The position numbers and the translations under genes are program-made. From Toensbergia leucococca (Eukaryota), in the NCBI GenBank assembly GCA_022813965.1, contig JALDZS010000125.1, positions 1-64,000 of the forward strand: a stretch of DNA of 64,000 nt. The letters run 5' to 3'. Of this stretch, positions 28,961 through 40,316 are shown piece by piece; within the stretch, counting starts at the first letter, position 1, and every line of letters begins with the position of its first letter. Under the pieces are notes generated by a model, which ran no database searches, was not told the origin of the DNA, and saw only the letters and a list, made by a program, of their open reading frames with translations.

Positions 28961-30127
28961 TATTCCAAGATCTCGGTGGCTTCAATCGTACTTCTTAACT
29001 TTGTGAAAACAAGGCTGGTCTTTCTCAGAGAGAAAAAATGTGCTCACGTCTGGATGTGTGAAGATGGTTCTGGATGTAGCTTACCGCATCCTGGAATCCA
29101 TATTTGTTGTCGACAGACAAACGCAGCAAACGGAGTCTTTAGTGAAAGACTGGGGAAAAGCAGAGCCCGATACCGAAATTGGGATTGTCAGACTGTTACA
29201 GACAGACAACCGATTACTGCTTAGGAGGTAAGGAGGCCAACCCTGTATGCAACTACCATCAATCAGAAGGGTTGTACCTACGAGTATCGCCGCGCGAGAC
29301 TCCACGTCAACGCAGGAGGAATGACTGAGTTACAGAAGATCAGAGATCAAGAGACCTCAAGAGCCACACTAAGAGGCTTGAACGTGGTGCTGAGGCTATG
29401 GTGAGAGATGGTCCTGACCCGTTTACTTTACTGTCAAATCTTTTCGCTCCTCCTTCTATATGGGTCCGGACCTTTCCATGCTAGAATACAGTAAACCCCA
29501 AATGAGAGTAGCCCGAAGAGATGAACAATTTGTCTCGGCGTTCGGAGACACAGCACGACAAGTCACCGCTGGTAAGCAATTCCAAAAAATCTTTGAAACT
29601 CAAAAGCCGCATTTGTTCAAATTAAAGCCTCAGCATATTCCAATCGGTTCAAAGACGGACGGTAGTACCACGGCTGGGCCACAAAACCATCAAGGTATTA
29701 TGACTATTCACCTTGAGAGTTGAAGATTGTGGAAGAGACAGAACAGCGATATCATAAACCATCTAAGGAAAGTAATCGTCAATTGATTGTCCTACTTCCC
29801 ACGTAGAAATGTGAACACTGAGGGACTCTCCATGTCCAAGAGCCTAGTTCTCGTGAGAGGGATGATGTTGCTTTGTCAAAATCGCAGTCCCAAGTGATTC
29901 CGTGTTCAAATAGAGTTAGTGTCGGAGCAATATATAATCCGTAAGCCGGTCATCTTCTTTGTTGCATTCAATGACAAAGGTGTTGGTGGTGTTGTTCACA
30001 CTGCAGGCACGAGACAGCTATTCTCATCAGCATAGCCGTACAGCTCCACACGGCCCTTTGTCGCGCGCTCCACCAAAGAGACACCTTCCATTCCTCCCTC
30101 CTACGCCACAGGGAAGATATCGCAGAT

Positions 30128-31007
30128 ATGGCGAACGATGAATATGATGTGAGTAACATCCAGTGCTTTTGATGGAGCGTTTGCTAAAGTTGTCATACCT
30201 AGTTCCTCTTCAAAGGTACCGATACTTCTGCCTAACCTCCAGTACAAATCAAAACTCGAGTATCGCCCATGCTAACCCATCTCCAATCTGGATAGTGGTA
30301 CTCATCGGAGACTCTGGTGTCGGTAAATCTAACCTACTCAGTCGGTTTACCAGGAACGAATTCAACCTAGACTCCAAATCCACCATCGGTGTCGAGTTTG
30401 CGACCCGTTCGATACAGGTTGACGCAAAGACAATCAAAGCACAAATCTGGGATACCGCTGGCCAAGAACGATACCGAGCTATTACTTCGGCTTATTATAG
30501 AGGTGCTGTGGGTGCGCTACTGATATATGATATCAGCAAGCACCAGACATACGAGAACGTCACGAGGTGGCTGAAGGAATTGAGGGATCATGCCGATGCC
30601 AATATTGTGATAATGTTGGTTGGAAATAAGAGCGATTTAAGACATCTGAGGGCGGTACCGACAGAGGAGGCCAAGCAATTTGCAAGTCAGTGTCTCGGCA
30701 TTAGTTCTTTACGCCTGGGATCTATACTGACTGCTATAGGCGATAACAACCTCTCATTCATCGAGACCTCGGCTCTTGATGCCAGCAACGTTGAGCTCGC
30801 CTTCCAAAATATCCTGACCGGTTGGCTACTCCCCCCATATTTCAAATTGAACACAACAACTAATGTCTATATCCAGAGATCTACCGCATTGTTTCAAGCA
30901 AGGCTCTAGATAATGGCGATTCATCACAGAACCCGATCGGTCCGGGTAAGGTTTTGGAGATAAGCAAGTCGGCGGACACAGACCAGAAGTCAAGCAAGTG
31001 TTGTTAA
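30128..31007 (+). CDS. YPT31: Rab11/Ypt31-family GTPase
   Basis: [23 protein letters not shown] (with a micro-exon), [27 protein letters not shown] and C-terminal KCC prenylation motif. Confidence 0.97.
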
Positions 31008-31353
31008 TTCATGGGTTGAATGTCAAACAGAGCCAAGTTGTCTTTTATTTTCTTTCAGTGCGAGTTCTGACCCACCCGAGATGGCGTTTTATCTCAATCA
31101 CTCGCATGCTTGCAGCTTTAGGGCGTCGGTGGTATTTCATTAACGACCAGCATTATTGATTTTAAAGTCTACACACAAAGTATAAACCTTCATCTTGCAC
31201 TTACAGGGCAATTGAGAGTAGCATGCCTTTTTCACTGCAACCGTATCATGGCCTCCACATCTCTTTAATGCTTCCACTTTACTCATTGCCTATGAATCAA
31301 GTCTCACATGTCTCCGCCAACTACCTAGCTAATGATATCACGCGATGACTCCT

Positions 31354-31938
31354 TCAAAAGTGTCTGAACCCCTTTCCCCCAGTAACCATATCCTGCCCCA
31401 ACTTCTTATGCTCTCCTTCTTCAGGCTGAGCCCACGCCTCCCTCGCATCCAACAACTCCCCCTCCCCAAACTTCCTCTTACAAAACTCTATCACCCCCTC
31501 AATCTCCCTCAAACTCTCCTTCCCCAACTGCTCCCTATCGCCCACTTTCTCCTTGGCCAACCTCTCCACCTCTCCAATAAACCCCACAGCCTCCCCCTCA
31601 CTCCCCCACACCGCCCGAAAAACCTCACTATCGCGAACATTCTTGTACCAAGCCCTCGCGTTATCATAATCGCCCTCGATGCGGTGCAAGATCCCGTGCA
31701 GGAACATGCCCTCGAGAGCTGGGGCGGCTTGCATGTGCCGCACTAGGAAGTGGGCGCTAGGGAGGTCGTTGTTGAGGATGTGGAGGGCGGCTTCCAGGGT
31801 TGGGTGGAGGAGGAGGGAGGAGATTTGCGGGGTCAGGGGTTTTGAGGTTGGGGTTGAAGGGGGGAGGAGGGGTGGGGGGTTTGTGAGGAGGTGGGTGTGG
31901 AGTTTTGAGAAGGTGGGGGGGGTGGTGGTTGGGTGCAT
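31354..31938 (-). CDS. Conserved hypothetical helical protein, single exon
   Basis: 194-aa ORF with protein-like core LEAALHILNNDLPSAHFLVRHMQ..EGMFLHGILHRIEGDYDNARAWY. Function unknown. Confidence 0.75.
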   Translation of the reverse strand: MHPTTTPPTFSKLHTHLLTNPPPLLPPSTPTSKPLTPQISSLLLHPTLEAALHILNNDLPSAHFLVRHMQAAPALEGMFLHGILHRIEGDYDNARAWYKNVRDSEVFRAVWGSEGEAVGFIGEVERLAKEKVGDREQLGKESLREIEGVIEFCKRKFGEGELLDAREAWAQPEEGEHKKLGQDMVTGGKGFRHF

Positions 31939-34394
31939 GGTTTTTGGGGGTTGGAAGATAGATGGGTGTGGTGGTGGTGGTGGTGGAGGAGGAGGAGGGG
32001 GAGAGGAGAATTTGGGGGCTCTAGGGGTGTTTGACTGAGGTTAGCTTTGCAATTGTGAATGGAGAGACGTCATGAGTCGGTGGCTTTTCTGAGCCATGTT
32101 TGGCCAAAGCTGGCATTCCATGTGGAATCACATTACAGGAACCATGGCTTTGGTCCTCAGCGGTGCATTGGAATCTGATCAAGAGGAAATCCTGGGGTTT
32201 TAAAGCAGTACAGTAGGAAAATAAAGAATGAGACGGTGTTGGAAAAGTCGGATGTGCACTTCTCCTCGTTTGAGGTCTAGCGCAGCCTTATCAACAAATA
32301 AGCTCTCTTCATTCCGAGTTGCTATTTACCGAGTCTACCTACTCGCAGTATTTGCCTACGCTACTACCTTCGTCATTGTCGAAGACGTCTCTAATCCCTC
32401 TATCACCAAATTGCTCTAGCTGAGCGTCAACGAGCTCGGTGACGAAGTTGCCTTCTTACAGGCCTATTAAAGCGCTCGAATTTAAGACTATGAGGAACAT
32501 GCAAGTCGCTGACAAAAGGGAATTGATGCACGTGGGGTTTTTTGAGGAGCCCTGCGAGGAGGGCTGAGGTAGAGAGTTCGTATGACAGGGCTGGAGAAGA
32601 TTGCAGGACAAGCAGGAAGAGATGGCCACTACTGACAAGGGTTCGAAGGACAGTCAGTGGTAATGTCAAAACCCAGGCGATGAATTATAACGGACCAGAG
32701 CCTCAAGGCTGGGACGGATGTGTATGTAAGCTGCTTAGATCTCCACGACTGATTCAAATCAACTGAGGGCAAATGTTGTAAGTTGGTCTTGTTTGATGAT
32801 CTTGGTGCCTTCATGAGTATCAGAGCGCAAGCTATTTCGGCGTCGCACTCGCTCACCGTCGAAATCAATCAGAGTTGACACCATCTCTCATCATCACCAT
32901 GGCTTTTCTCCTTGTCGACATACCAGGGCTTGTTTATGAGCTGCTTTCCTAAGCTTCTCCAACTCCTACTTTCTGCGCGATGTGAACTTTAAGACCAAAA
33001 ATTCCGGAATGTACCTGAATTTTGCTGCTGCCACCACAACGAGGAATCTAGATTGTGAAAGGCCTGAAAGATGGATTAGTATGGCGATCGAAAGAGATAA
33101 TTTCAGAATTAAGGTGTAGTCTTTGAATGTCATGGCTGTCAGGAAGCTTGCTTGTTCAGGCCGGCTTCTGCTCCGTCATTCCGATCCTGATCATTTGAGG
33201 CCATTGAAGTTGCTCAGAAGCATTGATTTAAAGAGATCGTTGGTAGGGTGTCCGAGAAAAATCTTGCAAGCTCCTGTCAAATGTTTGGTCGGACTACTGC
33301 TCACTGCAGGTCCCTTTCGTCATATATTTGAAGATAAATCGAGTGGTACAAAAGATCAAGACTCGGACTATGTGTCTTCTTGGAAGAACTTTCGTCTTTG
33401 AAGCTATTCACTGTTCTCAACTTGCGTATCATTGACCTAGAAGGAGCTAAGGAGGAACTCACGAGACACTTCAATATTATTTCAACTACAAACATATTCG
33501 CACATGACTCTTTCTTTGCCGAGATCGAGCTCTACTTTTGTTGGATAGCCAAGGAGCCACTAGGACTAAGAAGAAGAACATCCTCTATGTATTCCTTGTT
33601 TAGCTTTCCTTGAAACCGCCATCTCCCCTTGCGCCTCTTTCTTGATCATTTCAAGATCCTCTAAGCTTCTCTTGCTTGCTTTCTGCTTGTCTGTCGAATC
33701 TGTTTGCCCTCGACAAGAGTTCCGTACGTTTGAAACGATTGGAAAACCCTAGCTTTAGCGTCGGCTATCTGTTAGCGCTCAACGACTCTGTCTCGACGTT
33801 TGACTAGATCTCGGCGATGCACCACTCCACCACTCGGCGGATATTGCTGACAAGAGCACGAGAACAGCTTCGATTTCGGAGGATTAGTTCCACTCGGCTT
33901 CTCTCGTTCCAAGCTTTCACTTCCGAGTCCACAAAATAGGTCAATTGACTATGATGTCCAGTTTCTCATTGGGGCGCATCCTAAGGTTTTTATCTCTAAA
34001 TCTTTGTAAGCTACCCCAAGACGAAAGCTGATCCACTCATTCTCTATTTCTGTACAATCTAACGATAAGCATTTCTTAAGAAGCTTTTTAGCTCATTTAT
34101 GTTCCTAGAATCTACATTGTTGAACCACGTGCCCACTGTGTCTTCTCTTCACTTGAACATCTCTGCTCACAACTTGGAACCACTAGCACTGCCACTATCA
34201 TCGCTCCTTCAAGCCACTAACGCCATCTGTTTCAACACTCTCGACTTGGTTGAGGGTCAAGTGTGCCAAAGTCTGGAATAAAGCCAGCATCTTTCGCCTT
34301 CATGTTTCACCCAGACGGTTGTTTGAATGGCCTCGGTGATTTCTTTTAGTTGCCAACCAGACTTTGCCTGACCTCATGCTTCCAACCTGACACA

Positions 34395-35759
34395 ATGGAC
34401 ACAACAACTGGCACATCCAAATTGACTGGATATGAATTATACACTCTCAACGATACTCGGGTACCCACAATTGTCGGCGTCAATTCGGTATTGATAGGAC
34501 TCGCAATTGTCACAGTAGGAGCGCGGTTCTATGCGCGACGTCTCAAGAAGCTACCTCTTAAAACAGATGACTACCTCATGATACCCGGCCTGGTAAGGCC
34601 CCAGATCTATCGCTTTGCCTCATAGGGCCATTAACCATCATTCTAGCTTTCAGCTCTGGGAGTGTGCATATGTAATATTGTTGGTGAGGACAATTCATGC
34701 TTCCTTTTTCCCTCCTCTTAAGAGAGAAATGCCTTCTAAGAGAGATTGTCACTTATCAGCCGCGAGATATGGCCTGGGAAGACACATATGGGCTCTTTCG
34801 TATTTAGAAGATGAAAAAACAACTGAGGTGATTTCTCCTTTTAATTTCTGCCCTAGATCTATTAACTGATTTCGATGCGCTGCAGGCACTTTTCGTTGAA
34901 ACAGTCCTTTATGTTTTCGCCCATTTCTCAATCAAATTATCGATCCTACTTCTCTATCGCCGAATCTTCACTACCGTCGATCGATCTTTCAACATTGCGC
35001 TTTATTGCACGATATGTTACGTAGTTGCCTGGTCTGTAGGTTCTTTGGTTGCGATCATGTTGACCTGCGTCCCGCTTGCCAAAGTCTGGGATCGAACCCT
35101 CAAAGGAAGTTGTAATTTCAACGCCTACCAAGTGGCTGTTCCCAACTTTCTCAGCGCTGCGGCGGATATCGTCATTTTGCTTTTACCATCCATAATCCTA
35201 TGGAAGATGCAAATGTCCATCGGCCGAAAGATTGGCCTCACGTCTCTCTTCCTAGTCGGCACACTGTGAGTTTTTCCTCTTTCAAAGCACTCCTAGTACA
35301 ACCAAAGCTAACAAAAATCCATTAGGACCTGCGCAGCTAGTTTTGCCCGTGCAGGACTATCCTACTACCAGACAGCAGACATAACCTGTAAGCCATACCA
35401 CCCCTCTCAATCCCCACTCCCCCAAAACTCAACCTGGTACACAAGGGTCGGGCACGGAGCTTTACATCTGGACGGCCATCGAAATCACCATCGGCCTCAT
35501 CTGCGCCTGCTTCCCTGTCATCGCCCCCGCCTTCAGCGGCGACTTTTTCAAAAAGACCGTCCATACTTCCTCCTTTGGCCGCTTCATGCAGAGGCTTTTC
35601 TCTGCCTCCTCGAGCGCGCGGGATTTGCAGGCCGGGTCGAAGAATGTGGGGGCGGGTTTTCCGCCGGGGTTGTGGATTGAGCATTGGTCCGAGAGCGATT
35701 TTGGCGAGAAAGCGATGCCGCGAACGTCTGCGGGAGGGAGCGCGGTTCAGCTGTGCTAG
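34395..35759 (+). CDS. PTH11-like (CFEM-less) 7-TM integral membrane receptor
   Basis: Spliced product has VGARFYARR..DDYL, YGLGRH, IKLSILLLYRRIF, CVPL..VWD..GSC, ADIVILLLP..LWKMQM..RKIGL and WTAIEITIGLICACFP, the hallmark motifs of the family. About 5 introns. Confidence 0.85.
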
Positions 35760-36550
35760 GAGTGGAGGAGATGAGGAAGGGGGGGGTTTTTTTTGCGGGG
35801 TTGGTAGCGAGAGTGGGAATTTGAGTGGGAAAGCGACTCGGCTGAGAAAGTAGCAATGTTTGTTTTGGGGGGGGGGGGCTTGATTGCTTGGTTGTAACGC
35901 TATGTTGATTGTGCCGAAATGTTCTCGTTTAAATAAGACTGAATTGGGTTAACGATCTAGAGTCATGAGGGGGATACTAGGTAGGCCGCACCCTCCCCAG
36001 ACCAAAAAGCGGCATTCCGTACCTCAATTTACCACAACCACACACACACCTCCCCCCCGACCCTCCCCTCCCACCCAAAATGAAGTTGCTCCTGACTTCT
36101 GGGCTTCCTATCTATCTATATAGGTAGGCTCTGTTCCGCTTGTGCCACCCTCCATCACGACCAGTATCTTCACTATTGCTAATATGGAGCGTGGGTGTTG
36201 TTTATTGCTGGGGAAGATTACCAAAAGGGATGGGTAAAGGGGGGTGGGATTTGGGGTTTGAGAATATTCCTACTCGGGTGGAATAGGAGCCAGAAGGGGG
36301 GTCGTCTATAGCATCTCCCCGCCCCCAAAACAAAATGGCTGGAAAAATTTTATCAATATGTATTTTTTTTCTTAAGAAAAGAAAGAAAAACGCTGAGGGT
36401 ATCTATCGCAAAAAAACAAAACCTCACATACATGCATCTCCAACCCCTCTCCCTCTCTTCTGCCCTCCCCAAAAAGAAAATCCGAAAAAAAAAAAATTCA
36501 TCTTCTCCCTTCAGCCACCTAAGCAACACTCAACACTTGATACCCTCAAC

Positions 36551-39513
36551 TCACTCATCGTCAAACGAAAACGGCGCCAGGGATTTATAGGTCCTACGGG
36601 ACGGGAACCCCGCCTCCACCGAGGCCGCATCTCTAACCCGCTTCTTTCTCAGGCGCTCCTCTAGCGTCTCGAGCCCAGCGGCCGCACCCTCAGGTCCTCC
36701 TTCAACACCAGCAGTACTCTCGCCGTCTCCTCCTTCGCCTGTGATACTTGTTGCTCTAGCCTTCTCGACCACAGCTGCTGTCGGAAGTTTTTCTTCCGAT
36801 TCCTGGATCCAATTCAGCGACGGCTTGCGAGATTCCGCTTCCACGTTCGGACCACTCCACGAAATCCGCGGTTTGTGACTTGGGAGCTGCTGCTGTTTCG
36901 GAGCCGTCGTGGGGGTAGTCTCTCTCCCCAGGATCGGGACGTCTTTGACGGAAGGCGCAGGGCTATGCACTGGAGGCGCCCGCTTCATCCTCATGTTATT
37001 ATTGCTATCCTGTTCGTCGTCGACGAGAATGACAGCCCATAGGCCGATCTGACCGTTGCCGCCAAACAGCGGCGCGAAGTGAATCCAGCGTGTGGGGCCC
37101 GTTTCGTTGGCGCGCGCGGTCCAGCTGACTCGGGCAGTAACGCCGCGGCCTTCGGAGAGGGCTTGGTACAGTCCGTCCCGTGTTCGCACGGCGGCGCTGA
37201 TTTTGTCCATGATGGGCGATTGGAGTATTCCTGGTGTTCGGAGGGAGGGGGAGGCGAAGAGAATGCGGAGGGATGGGAAGGGCCGGACCATTAAGTACTA
37301 TGGGGGTTCAGTTGTTGTGATGAAGGTTTGGGACGAGTTGCTTACTTGCTTGTAGAAACCGCCTAGTCTGGCGTTAACTTGAGCAGTCAGTCGATCGCCG
37401 TTCATACGTTGGAACCTTGGTTCTCTGGCCACATTCCCCGATTGGTGCCAGTTCGACCGAAAATCATCCTCGGAATATTCCTGGAGGATTCTTCCTCCCC
37501 ATTGCTGAACCGTCTGCAACTCTTGCAAGTCTAACATTTCACTCAATTGCTGGAACTCATCTTTCTTCTCGTCTTCCGCATAGCCTGATCCGCCTAGGTG
37601 ACTGGTCCGACCTTTGGTTCTCTTTGCAACCACTTGCTGTAGTGATTCCAGATCAGTGCCGTTGTTGACTACACCACTCACGTCTACAGCGCTAACATCG
37701 ACTGAAGCTCCTAGGAAATACCTAGTGTTACCGGACCTATCGCATAATGGCGCATGCATAAGAAGATTCATAAAGGGGGTCCCATCTCGACGGCTGAGCG
37801 TAGAAGATCGTTAGCAAGTCGATTCTAGATTTCCTGATGCTAGACCTTGAATTCTCCTCTGTACAGGAGCCTGTGACAAGACAAGAGACTTACTAGCTCA
37901 ACACGACCTCGCAATGCTCATCTCCAGCTTCAATAGCCTTGTCAAGCCGTCGTGAACTCAATGGATTCGATTTTGGTCCTTGCAAAAACCGTGCATTACG
38001 TCCAACGATATAAATCATACTATACTCTGTCAAATTATGAAAACCTACATGTCACCTGTCAGCTGATCTCAGAAACTCAATTCTTCCATGTTCATAACTG
38101 ACCTTGGGAAGCAAAGATGATAGGATTGTCTGTCATTGATGGGTCTGTTATGTAAAAAACTTCACCCAAGCCTTCCGGCCCCTTTTGCGGTGATATGGCT
38201 CCAGTCATCCATCTTCCAAGGCTTGACTTGACAATTTCAACATAAATATGTGTCAGATATGCTGGTAAGTCTTCTTGTACAAGCACATGGAAAGCACGAT
38301 TTGTTCTATCTTCTAGCACGAAATTCATGGTTTTCTTTGCGGAGGTGGAGGTAAAGTCGTGTCCCGAGACTGGCTCGAGGGCTTCTGCGATCGCATTTGC
38401 ATAATTGATGACTCTCAATGCTTTGGTAGTCTCGATGTAGTAATTTAGAATAGGCATGGAATGAGGCCGGTATACGCTTAAGAACGATGTAAATTTGAGC
38501 AATAACGAGGGATGTGCGAAGATGGTTTTCAGGTGTTCCTCCGAGAAGAGTAGCTCGGACAGTACCTCGAGCGAGTGGAGTTTCGCGCCGTCTTCTGGGG
38601 CTGTCAAATCATAGTCCTCTGGTAGCGCTTCGAGGGTTTCATCTCCGTCCTGGTCAAAATCCTTCCTTGGAGGAGATGCTGGTAGCGACGAAGTTGGAGA
38701 TGTTGCGTTGGTCTCAGATGTAGCTCTCCACGACGACAAAGAGTCTCTCCGAGAGTTTCTCCGAGAGCCTCTCTGGCTAGTTTGAAAATCAAACCCCTTT
38801 GAATTTTGCGAAAAGCTGTCGCTATGACTTCTGGCATGTCCATTTCCAGGAGCTAGGGGAGGTATGACGGGACGGCGAGAAAAGTTATGTTGACTTGAGA
38901 TGTTGGGCCCCAGTGGCAGGCGAGAATAAGAACGCGAAGGGATAGGAGGTTTTGGTGTGCCTGGAGATGGAATGTTTGGGGGTGTGTTAAATCCGTCCAT
39001 GATTGAAGACGTGGAAGGTCTAACAGTGATTGGTGCTTTGGAGTTACTAGTCTTGGGAGTGACGGCGGATCGAACGCTTGAACTACGTCTGATTGGGATT
39101 GGATTGGGTGGTGAAAGGTCTCGTTTGCTGCTATGATCTCTTGTATTAGTCGACAGTGTAATTCCATAGGTTGAAGACACCAACCTGCGACTAGAAGATA
39201 GAGTATCCGGTTCAATCGGAGTGCCTGCGCCCAGGATTTCAAGTACTTGCTCAATCTTATCCGAAGTATTCAATTCTTGGGACGACAAATCGGCGGAACC
39301 TCCTCGTTGGCGAGCGTGCTCATAGTCTTCTCCAAAGTCTTCTCCAAAGTCTTGAGCCAACGGAGCTCTGTTGGGTCGTAGGGCATATATGGCTTGAGTT
39401 GAGGTTTGCGAATGGTTGACTTGACTCTGTTGGCTAGTGTTTTCGGTAGCTTCTGTCTTGGACATGGATTCTAGTATCTTGGCTCTCATCAGGGCGCTAT
39501 TACTGGGAGCCAT
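36551..39513 (-). CDS. RGS-like/LOV/PAS protein with a non-canonical LOV core (Cys->Ala, Asn->Ser, Gln->Ser)
   Basis: Exon 1 (39513-38103): disordered N-terminus, helical RGS-like region and EVFYITDPSMTDNPIIFASQ. Exon 2 (38044-37894, absent from the ORF track): FHNLTEYSMIYIVGRNARFLQGPKSNP..EVVLSY. Exon 3: RRDGTPFMNLLMHAPL..YFLGASVDVS. Exon 4: YLMVRP..RWIHFAPL..IGLWAVIL (PAS-like). Confidence 0.88.
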
Positions 39514-40316
39514 GATTGAATGATGGGGTTGAGGTACAAAGGAGAAGCTGGTTGGCTTTTGAACGTGGGCGTCTACGAAGTACTCTATGCGCGTTTCCGA
39601 CGACTCGGCGTGAGTTATGCGTACAATATGCAAGTCGTGGAATTTCCCCACTAAGCGCACACAGGCCGGATTTGTGGGTTGGCTCCAAACAAGGTTGATC
39701 CCGTCGTGATTTAATTAAGGAGTCATGGATCAACTGCCTACTCGGTACCAATCTCGATCTCCATGGCGAACTGGCAAGTCTTGACGAGTCTTACTCAAGA
39801 ATGTGATAGTACTCTTAACGGTCATTGGGTCTTATGGCGTTGCACAAGACTTGGATCATTTTCACTACAGACGCAGGCCTCGGTGACCGTGCAGCTGCAT
39901 GTTGCATCATTGCATGTATTCCAAGGTAAATCGTACAATTGTCAATCGCAAATCGAGATGCGGTAAATCTAGCTTTCCTCATCCCTGTAGATCCCTTAGC
40001 TCCATGCACTTAGCGCAAGGTACCCACCCAGCCACTTTCCACCCCACCAACCTTAAGGTAATTTCCTGCATGACATGAACGTGTCACCCACCGTATTTTG
40101 ATAATAACGCTACAAATCGCTACGATGATTGGCTCATATGTTCGCAACTTGCTGCGCCTTACTAAATCAAGTTACGGTGACGGGACGAAAGCTACGGGCA
40201 CTGCAATAGCTCAAGATGGCCAGTTAATTGTCTCGCACTCCTGGCAAACAGCTTTTCTGCGTCTTCGCACCCACCACAACGTCAAAGTCCCCTTGGTGTC
40301 GGACACTGTGACAACC

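Noticed and set aside
36551..39513. Interpreting the Cys-less LOV gene as a pseudogene
   Set aside because: No frameshift or premature stop over four exons, and canonical splice signals are retained. Not fully excluded without expression data.
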